A stretch of 11,435 nucleotides of DNA, taken from Fibrobacterota bacterium (GTDB lineage Bacteria > Fibrobacterota > Fibrobacteria > UBA11236). The notes under the pieces were generated by a model. It worked only from the letters and a program-made list of their open reading frames with translations. It was not told the DNA's origin and did not search any database. The position numbers and the translations under genes were made by a program. The stretch is taken from NCBI GenBank assembly GCA_043753995.1, contig JAYUVP010000112.1, positions 1 to 11,435 on the forward strand, in the 5' to 3' direction. How positions within the stretch are numbered: position 1 is the stretch's first letter; every line of letters starts with the position of its first letter. Positions 1 to 6,988 of this stretch are shown piece after piece.

Positions 1-945
1 GGCTACCACGGGCACTTGGCAGGCCATGGCTTCGAGGTTGATGATGCCGAAGGGTTCATAGACCGAAGGGCAGACAAAGAGGTCCGCGGCAGAATAAAAT
101 CCAATGAGATCCGGCTTGGAAAGCATGCGTGGTATCCAAATCACCTGGGCACCGGGATTGCCTTTCAAGGCTTGTACACGCATTTCCATTTCCTGGCCGA
201 TTTCCGGAGTGTCGGGTGCCCCAGCACATAGAACCAATTGCGTGCCCGCGGGCATATGCGGCGCCGCATTCAACAAATGCATCACGCCTTTTTGGCGCGT
301 GATGCGGCCAACGAAAAGCACGATGGGCTTATTGGGATCGATATCGTGGCGGCGTAGCAAATCTTCATCGCGTCGACGCTGAAATTCGTCGATATCGATG
401 CCATTGGGTATGACCCGCACCTTGTCAGCCGCCACACCATAGAGGGACATGACATCGCGACGCATCGACTCTGAAACCGCTACCACGCCATCCGCTTCGC
501 GATAGGCCGTTTCTTCTATCCAGCTTGAAACGTGATAGCCATTGCCGAGCTGTTCGCGCTTCCAGGGGCGATGCGGTTCCAAACTATGCGTGGTGAGCAC
601 AAGAGGCACGTCCAGCAATTCCTTCAAAAGGCACCCAGCGAGATGGGTATACCAAGTATGGCAATGCACTAAGTGGATGCCATCGAGCAGTCCCGTCATC
701 TGAATATTGCGATAAAGCGGTTCCAGCAGCTTGGCCGCGCGGGCATCCTGGCTGGGAAAATTCGTCTGCGGGGGTATACCGCGAACCCGCAAATTCGGCG
801 TGTCGACGACTTGGTCGCCGAAGCATAAAACCTCGACCTTGTGTCCCGGTATGGCCGCGAGGGCGCGGGAGAGATAGTCGATATGTACCCCAGCTCCGCC
901 ATAAATTGCGGGAGGGTATTCATTGGTGAGTAGGCCGATTTTCAT
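1..945 (-). CDS. glgM: GT4 glucosyltransferase of the GlgM / actinobacterial-type 'glycogen synthase GlgA' family (putative alpha-maltose-1-phosphate synthase); 3' end lies beyond the window
   Basis: Manual translation from ATG at 945 is open to position 1: MKIGLLTNEYPPAIYGGAGVHIDYL..., VHCHTWYTHLAG, TTHSLEPHRPWKREQLGNGY, FVGRITRQKG, QLVLCAGAPDTPE, FVCPSVYEPFGIINLEAMAC. These are hallmark motifs of the family, which is often annotated glgA. It is absent from the ORF track because there is no stop codon in the window. Confidence 0.9.
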   Translation of the reverse strand, partial: MKIGLLTNEYPPAIYGGAGVHIDYLSRALAAIPGHKVEVLCFGDQVVDTPNLRVRGIPPQTNFPSQDARAAKLLEPLYRNIQMTGLLDGIHLVHCHTWYTHLAGCLLKELLDVPLVLTTHSLEPHRPWKREQLGNGYHVSSWIEETAYREADGVVAVSESMRRDVMSLYGVAADKVRVIPNGIDIDEFQRRRDEDLLRRHDIDPNKPIVLFVGRITRQKGVMHLLNAAPHMPAGTQLVLCAGAPDTPEIGQEMEMRVQALKGNPGAQVIWIPRMLSKPDLIGFYSAADLFVCPSVYEPFGIINLEAMACQVPVVA

Positions 946-1006
946 AAGTCTTGCAAAAATGCGCCACCTAGGAGGGGCCTCCAAGGGCTTTTCTAGGTTT
1001 GTCATT
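946..1006. promoter_or_regulatory. 61-bp divergent intergenic region expected to hold promoters for glgM and the sensor gene
   Basis: Head-to-head starts at 945(-) and 1007(+). TAGGTT (994-999, TAnnnT-type -10 candidate) lies 7 nt before ATG 1007. Promoter function is inferred. Confidence 0.5.
966..998 (+). repeat. Imperfect inverted repeat / potential hairpin
   Basis: ACCTAGGAGGG-gcctccaaggg-CTTTTCTAGGT. The outer 6 bp (ACCTAG/CTAGGT) are perfect, and the stem extends to 11 bp with three G-U pairs on the + strand RNA. Confidence 0.5.
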
Positions 1007-3205
1007 ATGGTAGGTCCTTCGGACAAGTTGGAAAATTCGCCCGGAGCTCGTGATGCGGCCATGGATGCCCTATTGCGGGAAAATGCTCGCCTGGAAATTG
1101 CGGAATTAGAGGGTCAACTCCTGGCGCGCAATCAGGAAAGGCTCATGGACTTTGTCCAAAGAGTCACTGCCCGCATGGACGACGACGACTTGATGGATGT
1201 CATCGTCGAGGAGTTCTTGATCGAATTGAAAGTCGATCGGGTCAGCTATATCCTTGTGGGACAAGGGGAAAAGGCGGCTTGGGCGGTTTCGCATGAGGCG
1301 GCCGATAGCGGAATTAAGCGCTTGGCCATCCCTTATTTCGTTTCCCGCGATCCCGGCAGCGACTTTATTCGCTTCCTGGAAAAAGCACGCGCCAATGGCG
1401 AGGATCCTACAGTCGGCGAATGGCCTAATTCAGCCGTAATCATGCCCGAAAGGCATTTTCAAGCCGAAGTCGAAGACGAGTTTCAGGCCGCCCTCGAAGA
1501 GGAATTTGGCTTGGCGCGATCGGTGGAATGCCGTACCGCCATGGCTTTTCCTATTGAAACAACCTTGGGCGGCAGTTCGCTTTTCGTGGCTCAGCGAGCC
1601 CGTAATGAAGCGGGTTTCACGCGCTATCAACGCGACCTTTTCTTGCGCATGTGCCGATACGCAGCTTCCCTTCTGGAGCAGAGGCAGCTTTCGGAACAAG
1701 TCACCGATCTCAAGGATCAATTCAGTTCGCTCATTGAATCCATGCCTTCGGGCATAGTCGGTATGGATTTGCTGGGTACGGTGACCTCCTGGAATGGCAA
1801 GGCTGCGGAATGGTTTGGCCTTTCTTCCGATGAGGCGATTGGCAGTGTTTTTTGGGATTTGGTGCCCGATTTTCGTTTTGTGAATGATGCCTTGCGTGAT
1901 GCTCTACAGGTTTCAGGCGCTGGGCGGGACTTCGAGGCCTTTGCCCTGGAGCGTCCGGGACGTTCGACGCTTTGGCTCAAGGCCAATCTTTTCACCATGT
2001 TCGGTCGCGATCGTGGCGAGGTGGGACTACGCATCGATGATGTGACCCGCACCGTCGATTTGCACAATCAGCTTTTTCAAGCCCAGCGCATGGAAGTGGT
2101 GGGAACTCTTGCGGGCGGTTTATCTCGCCAATTGGGAGATCTCGTCGCTGGTATGGTTTCCAGTGCTGGACTTTTGCGCGAAAGATTACGCCGTGAACCG
2201 GTAGCCGGGCAAGACAAGGTCTTGCTGCACGATTTGGAATTGCTGGAGGAAAGCGCTTCGCGCACTGCCGCCGTGGTCGAAGACATGCAAACTTTGGCGC
2301 ATGACTCTGGCGATCAGCCTGAGGTCTTCGACCTGGGTTCTATGACTCGTCAATTGGTGCGACTTTGCAAGCGGGCCTTCGAACCCAAGGTCCAATTGGT
2401 GGCCCGCATGGACGAAAAAACGCTGTATGTTCGTGGTAATCGCAGCCGCGTCGAACAAGCCATTCTCAATATTTGCCTGAATGCCCGTGAAGCCATGGGC
2501 AATGGGGGCATACTGGCCCTGGAATTGACTTGCGGACAAAGGCCACCCGAAGCAACGGACGGGTCTTGGATTTGTCTAGCCATCGGTGATACCGGACCAG
2601 GCATGGACGAGAAAACCTTGACCCATATTTTTAACCCGTATTTCACCTCCAAAGGGCAAGGTGGCTCGGGCTTAGGTCTGGCCATTGTCGAAGCTGTCAT
2701 GCAGCAGCATGAGGGCTGGGTGCATGTCGACAGCACACCTGGACGGGGCAGCACCTTTCGCCTTTGGTTTCCTCTAAGCCTGCAAAGCCCCGAGGCCTTG
2801 GCCCGGCTCACGACCTTGCCCATGGGGCAAGGCGATTTATTGCTCATTGCCCATGATGAAATACTGCGACGCACCGCCGTGCGCGTGCTTGAAGAATTAG
2901 GCTATACCGTGACTCCGCTTTCCGACGGAGCCTCGGCCTTGCGACTTTTGGAACAGGGCCTTGTCTTCGACCTCGCGGTCGTCGATGTGGATTTGCCGGT
3001 GCTCAATGGCGTCACAACCTCGGAATTGATGCGCCGACATCATGCCCTTTTGCCTATTCTTTTTTGCGCCACCAAGGGCGAAACCGAAGGTTTGGCCGAA
3101 TTGCTGGCCAGCCCTGGAGTGCAAGTCTTGCGAAAACCGTTCGGCATGGCGCAATTAGCCCAGGCCGTGCGGCAATCCTTGGCGGCGGGACACACTGAAG
3201 TTTGA
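1007..3205 (+). CDS. Cytoplasmic hybrid sensor histidine kinase-like protein (GAF-like, PAS, degenerate HisKA, HATPase_c, atypical REC); probable pseudokinase
   Basis: PAS-like LIESMPSGIVGMDLLGTVTSWNGKAAEWFG; DHp lead-in QAQRMEVVGTLAGG; N box EQAILNICLNAREAM; G1 DTGPGM; F box IFNPYFTSK; G2 GSGLGL; REC DLAVVDVDLP...KPF. No obvious transmembrane segment. Start moved from 923, which overlaps glgM, to ATG 1007. ATG 1061 is an alternative. Confidence 0.88.
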   Translation: MVGPSDKLENSPGARDAAMDALLRENARLEIAELEGQLLARNQERLMDFVQRVTARMDDDDLMDVIVEEFLIELKVDRVSYILVGQGEKAAWAVSHEAADSGIKRLAIPYFVSRDPGSDFIRFLEKARANGEDPTVGEWPNSAVIMPERHFQAEVEDEFQAALEEEFGLARSVECRTAMAFPIETTLGGSSLFVAQRARNEAGFTRYQRDLFLRMCRYAASLLEQRQLSEQVTDLKDQFSSLIESMPSGIVGMDLLGTVTSWNGKAAEWFGLSSDEAIGSVFWDLVPDFRFVNDALRDALQVSGAGRDFEAFALERPGRSTLWLKANLFTMFGRDRGEVGLRIDDVTRTVDLHNQLFQAQRMEVVGTLAGGLSRQLGDLVAGMVSSAGLLRERLRREPVAGQDKVLLHDLELLEESASRTAAVVEDMQTLAHDSGDQPEVFDLGSMTRQLVRLCKRAFEPKVQLVARMDEKTLYVRGNRSRVEQAILNICLNAREAMGNGGILALELTCGQRPPEATDGSWICLAIGDTGPGMDEKTLTHIFNPYFTSKGQGGSGLGLAIVEAVMQQHEGWVHVDSTPGRGSTFRLWFPLSLQSPEALARLTTLPMGQGDLLLIAHDEILRRTAVRVLEELGYTVTPLSDGASALRLLEQGLVFDLAVVDVDLPVLNGVTTSELMRRHHALLPILFCATKGETEGLAELLASPGVQVLRKPFGMAQLAQAVRQSLAAGHTEV

Positions 3206-3249
3206 ACCATCCCATTATTTTTGCCCTCATTCCGTAGCGAGGCGGCTTC

Positions 3250-3597
3250 ATGGCGCTTTCTGAAGATGAAAAGGATCTCATCGCCCAGTCTCTGCAGTTC
3301 TATCTGCAACAGGCCAGCGGGCAATTGCCTCCCCAGGCCGTGCAGCAACTCATGGCTGTGGCTAAAGGCATTATCACCAAGCTGGACAGCCCCGAAGGCA
3401 TCGGCGGCGGTAAGCGCAAAACCGGCGAACCTCCTCCTGGCATTTCCCCGGAGTGGTTCGAGCAGGTTTGCAGCACTTGTTCCATGCTCACTGCCACGGG
3501 TTGCTCCGATAAAATCACGGTGAAATTTCCTGGCAAATGTGATCCCATTTTGAAATACGAGCGCAGCAAGGGCATTAAGCCCGCTTCGCCTACCTAG
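3250..3597 (+). CDS. Hypothetical 115-aa protein with helical N-terminus and C-terminal CxxC-x7-C-x11-C motif
   Basis: Fills the gap between the sensor gene and rnr on the same strand. GAGG lies about 7 nt upstream of the ATG, and the stop is 6 bp before the rnr start. Cys at 74, 77, 85 and 97. Confidence 0.8.
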   Translation: MALSEDEKDLIAQSLQFYLQQASGQLPPQAVQQLMAVAKGIITKLDSPEGIGGGKRKTGEPPPGISPEWFEQVCSTCSMLTATGCSDKITVKFPGKCDPILKYERSKGIKPASPT

Positions 3598-3603
3598 GAC
3601 AGC

Positions 3604-5916
3604 ATGCCTAAGCAAATGCCCCCGTTTAAACGCATACGGGTGGCTGAAACCCGCACCGTTCCCAAGCCCGCCGAAGTTGTTGCCGCCATCACGGCGCGAC
3701 AACCGCGACCCTTCAGCCATGAAGATTTGCTTCGGCATTTTCAAATCGCTGCTGAGGACGAAAAATCCTTCAAGAAAATGATGAAGTCCTTGGTGCGGGC
3801 AGGCTTTCTCGATCGCATCAAAGGCAAGCGCTATTTGCTGCCAGTGGAATTGCCTTCACCTGCCGGAGCTGATGCCCCCGCAGCCGAGGGCCAACCCGTA
3901 CTTTCGCCAGCCATCCGATTGGCCAAGGCTCTCGAAGCCCAGGATGACGAGGACGAGGAGGAGTCCTCGGAACTCTCAGTCAAGGAAAATAAGCAAGGCG
4001 GCGAGGTGCCCCAGGGTTCTGGAGACACTTCAGCGGCGAATCGCGAGCCAATACGCGCCAAGTTGATTCGGCAAGGCCATTTGATTTTTGCCGTGCCCGT
4101 GCAAGACCCCGCTTCAGGTCCAAGACAAAAAGGTTTGCGCGCGCAAAGCGATAAAATCCTGATTCCCAAGCCGAATTTGGGCAAGGCCAAGGTCGGTGAC
4201 CTAGTCATGGTTCAGCTCTTGCGTGGGGCGAAAACGCATCAAGACGCCATGGGCAAGGTGCTCAGCGGCCTTCGCCGTGAGGCCACCTTTGGAGAAGTGG
4301 CGCATCAATTCTTCCGCGATCACGCCCTCACTAAGGGCTATCCGCGCAAAGCCCTGCAAGAAATCGAAGCGTTCGGCGAGCCAGTTTTTGATGACAAGCA
4401 TGGCCGCGAGGATTTACGTGGGCTAACCATAGTCACCATTGATCCCATTACCGCGCGTGATCACGATGATGCCATATCTTTAGAAAAACTGCCCAATGGC
4501 CATTGGAAATTAGGTGTGCATATCGCGGACGTGGCCGAATATGTGCCCGAAGATTCGGCGCTCGACAAAGAGGCTTTGCAGCGCTCCTTCACGCAATACT
4601 TGCCATGGACGGCCATGCCCATGTTGCCGGAAAAACTTTCGGCCGACCTCTGTTCTTTGCGCGAAGGCTGCGAACGCCTAGCCTTTTCCTGCTTCATGGA
4701 CATTGATGCCAAAGGCCAACTCGGAAAATATCGCTTTGCTGAGACCTTTATCCGCGTCACCAAGTTTCATAGCTATGAAGAAGCTCAGGGACTAAAGGAC
4801 CGAGGCGATCCCGCCTTGACCTTGCTCGACGAATTCGCGGCCTTGCGGCTTGCTGTCCGCAAAAGCGACGGCAATCTTGAATTCTCCTTTCCTGAGCCGC
4901 GCATCAAATGCGATGACGAAGGCGTGCCCGTAGAAGTTTATCCCGGCGAGAGACTGGCTTCTCATGGCTGGATTGAAGAATGCATGTTGCTATGCAATCA
5001 AGCGGCAGCCAAATACCTCACCAGCAATAAATTACCTGGCCTATTTCGCGTGCATGAACAGCCCGATCTCGAAGTGGTCGCCGATCTTTTCGCCACCCAG
5101 GGCGGACCCAAGCCCGATCCCGCCTTATTGCAAACCTTTCGCGAATTGAAAGAGACCAAGGGCTATCTCAATCCCGCCGTGCAGCAATTCTATGCGCGCC
5201 TATTGAGTCAAGAAGGCGGCGCCTTGCCGGCTTCGGTGCAGCGAAAAATCTTGATGAGCATGAAAAAGGCCTTGTATGCTCCCGAAGCGTTGGGGCATTT
5301 CGCCTTGGGCTGGCTGCATTATGCGCATTTCACTTCGCCGATACGGCGCTATGCCGATTTGTGGATACATCGCGTGATGAAGGCGCATGTGCGCGGTCAA
5401 AAGCAGTTTCGCTCCGAAAAGGCACGCGCCGTCGCTATTGCCGAACAGATTTCCGAAAAGGAAATCGCCATCATGAAAACCGAGCGGAAAGGTTTGAAAA
5501 CCGCCACCGCTTGGATTTTGCAGAAATATATCGGCGAAGAATTCACCGCCACCATTACCGGTGTCGAAGAATTCGGGCTCTTCGTTTCGATACAGAATCC
5601 CTATGGCGAGGGCATGGTTCCCGTAGCCCGTTTAGGCGAAGACTTTTTCACTAAGGATGACGCCACTTATAGTTTGGTCGGCAAACGCACCAAGACCCGT
5701 TTTTCCTTGGGGCAAACCATGGCCGTGCGCCTCACGCGCTGCAATCCCTTCAGCGGTCAAGTGGACTTCGAGCCGACGGTGCGCGTCGCTGGGGTTCCCG
5801 GTGCCGAAGTCAAGGACTCACGTGATTTCCGCAAGAGCAAGGGCTCGGCGGTAAGACCAGAGCCCGGGAAAAAAGTGAAGCCGCGCAGTAAAAACAAGGG
5901 CAAGCCCAGGAGATAG
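3604..5916 (+). CDS. rnr: Ribonuclease R (RNB family 3'-5' exoribonuclease)
   Basis: N-terminal winged-helix-like region; OB/CSD domain DKILIP...AKVGDLVMV; RNB catalytic motif TIDPITARDHDDAIS; GVHIADVAEYV; IEECMLLCN; HFTSPIRRYADL; S1 domain; Lys/Arg-rich C-terminal tail. AGGA upstream overlaps the previous stop codon. Confidence 0.93.
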   Translation: MPKQMPPFKRIRVAETRTVPKPAEVVAAITARQPRPFSHEDLLRHFQIAAEDEKSFKKMMKSLVRAGFLDRIKGKRYLLPVELPSPAGADAPAAEGQPVLSPAIRLAKALEAQDDEDEEESSELSVKENKQGGEVPQGSGDTSAANREPIRAKLIRQGHLIFAVPVQDPASGPRQKGLRAQSDKILIPKPNLGKAKVGDLVMVQLLRGAKTHQDAMGKVLSGLRREATFGEVAHQFFRDHALTKGYPRKALQEIEAFGEPVFDDKHGREDLRGLTIVTIDPITARDHDDAISLEKLPNGHWKLGVHIADVAEYVPEDSALDKEALQRSFTQYLPWTAMPMLPEKLSADLCSLREGCERLAFSCFMDIDAKGQLGKYRFAETFIRVTKFHSYEEAQGLKDRGDPALTLLDEFAALRLAVRKSDGNLEFSFPEPRIKCDDEGVPVEVYPGERLASHGWIEECMLLCNQAAAKYLTSNKLPGLFRVHEQPDLEVVADLFATQGGPKPDPALLQTFRELKETKGYLNPAVQQFYARLLSQEGGALPASVQRKILMSMKKALYAPEALGHFALGWLHYAHFTSPIRRYADLWIHRVMKAHVRGQKQFRSEKARAVAIAEQISEKEIAIMKTERKGLKTATAWILQKYIGEEFTATITGVEEFGLFVSIQNPYGEGMVPVARLGEDFFTKDDATYSLVGKRTKTRFSLGQTMAVRLTRCNPFSGQVDFEPTVRVAGVPGAEVKDSRDFRKSKGSAVRPEPGKKVKPRSKNKGKPRR

Positions 5917-5918
5917 CC

Positions 5919-6635
5919 GTGAGTTTGGGCAATGCCTTCAGCTATCTCACCATCGCGCCGATTCCCTATAAGCGGCAAGTGCCGCTATTGCGATCCGTGC
6001 ATTATTTCCCCTTGGTCGGCGCAGCCATGGGAAGTTTACTCGCGATTATTTTCGTGGGAGCGACGCGTTTTGTGCCGTCCTATGTTGCGGCCATTGCGGT
6101 CATCGCCATACTCGAATGGATGACGGGTGGCCAGCATTTACGAGCGGTAGGGGAAATGGCCATGGGGCGCCGCACCTTTCCCGGACACGGTTTCGGACCG
6201 GCAACAGCCTATAACCGGCGAGGCCGCTTCGCCATGGGATTCACGGTCGGGGTCAAGGCTTTGAGCCTTATTCTCATGCCTCAGGCTTGGCAGCCCTATG
6301 CGGTTTTGCTTTTGCCAATATGCGGACGTTGCGCCCAAACCTTGGGAATCGTATTCAGCCGTTATCGGCCGCAGGGAAGAGTGAAACCCGATCCGGCCAT
6401 GGTGCGTCGCCGCATTCGCGCCGCCTTCTTTTCGGCCTTGCTCGGATTCCTGCTTTTTCTTTTTCCGCTGCGCGTAGGCGCCTTGCTGGCCCTGCAATAC
6501 ATCGTGGTGCTGGCCTTGTTCTATCGCGCCATGAATGCCAGCAATGGCGGCTTGACCGTGCAAACCATGGGAACCGCGGCGGAACTGAGCGAAACATTAT
6601 TCCTATTCAGTGCCGCCGTACTTGGCGCGATATAA
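5919..6635 (+). CDS. cobS: CobS (cobalamin synthase / adenosylcobinamide-GDP ribazoletransferase)-like membrane protein with degenerate active-site motifs
   Basis: GTG start 2 bp after the rnr stop, with AGGAGA at 5908-5913. CobS-like AFSYLTIAPIP, YFPLVG, TGGQHL and C-terminal GGLT...G.AAELSE. Several hydrophobic helices; 238 aa is typical CobS length. Family is likely, enzymatic function is doubtful. Confidence 0.72.
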   Translation: MSLGNAFSYLTIAPIPYKRQVPLLRSVHYFPLVGAAMGSLLAIIFVGATRFVPSYVAAIAVIAILEWMTGGQHLRAVGEMAMGRRTFPGHGFGPATAYNRRGRFAMGFTVGVKALSLILMPQAWQPYAVLLLPICGRCAQTLGIVFSRYRPQGRVKPDPAMVRRRIRAAFFSALLGFLLFLFPLRVGALLALQYIVVLALFYRAMNASNGGLTVQTMGTAAELSETLFLFSAAVLGAI

Positions 6636-6657
6636 AAAAAGCGTGGTTTAAATCCGC
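6634..6657 (-). terminator. Possible weak intrinsic terminator between convergent genes
   Basis: Minus strand directly after the Dabb stop reads GCGGATTTAAACCACGC then T7. The stem is short and imperfect. Confidence 0.35.
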
Positions 6658-6957
6658 TCAGGTTTCAAAGTCGTAAATCTTCACCGAGCTCCAATACTGA
6701 GCGCAGTTTTCGCGGAATTGATCGTGGATTTTATCCACCTGATAAATGTCGTGTCCGGCCGCATCCTCAAAGGTCACGACTAAGCCATAGGAATAGCTGC
6801 TGTCGATAACGGCTCTTTCCGTGGCAGCGGGTTTACCCACCCAGCCATGCTTCACCGAGCGAATTTTGGCGATGGCCTTGGCGCCTTGAACAAAGGCTTC
6901 TTCTTCGGCGTGGGTTAAACCGGGTTTGAGCCAGAAATAAACGCAATGAACGAACAT
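6658..6957 (-). CDS. Dabb family stress-responsive alpha/beta barrel protein (99 aa)
   Basis: MFVHCVYFWLK...VGKPA...R.VIDSSYSYGLVVTFED...HDIYQ...H..F is the typical Dabb pattern. AGGAG RBS lies 5 nt upstream of ATG 6957. The track start at 7107 overlaps the upstream gene. Confidence 0.88.
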   Translation of the reverse strand: MFVHCVYFWLKPGLTHAEEEAFVQGAKAIAKIRSVKHGWVGKPAATERAVIDSSYSYGLVVTFEDAAGHDIYQVDKIHDQFRENCAQYWSSVKIYDFET

Positions 6958-6988
6958 GCTTGCTCCTATTAAATTCCGTCGTTCGGCT

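Noticed and set aside
16..923. Short ORFs 16-231, 104-382, 584-826 and 696-923
   Set aside because: All are shadows of the glgM frame (945 to the left edge).
923..1006. ORF-track N-terminal extension of the sensor kinase
   Set aside because: It overlaps the clear glgM start at 945 on the opposite strand. ATG 1007 leaves a normal divergent gap.
3040..3744. 234-aa minus-strand ORF spanning three plus-strand genes
   Set aside because: Antisense shadow with no recognisable motifs; the plus-strand genes account for the region.
5800..5916. Very basic C-terminal tail of RNase R
   Set aside because: A normal RNase R feature.
1007..6635. Calling the degenerate kinase or CobS-like genes pseudogenes
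   Set aside because: Both have full-length uninterrupted frames with conserved structural motifs and no frameshift or internal stop.
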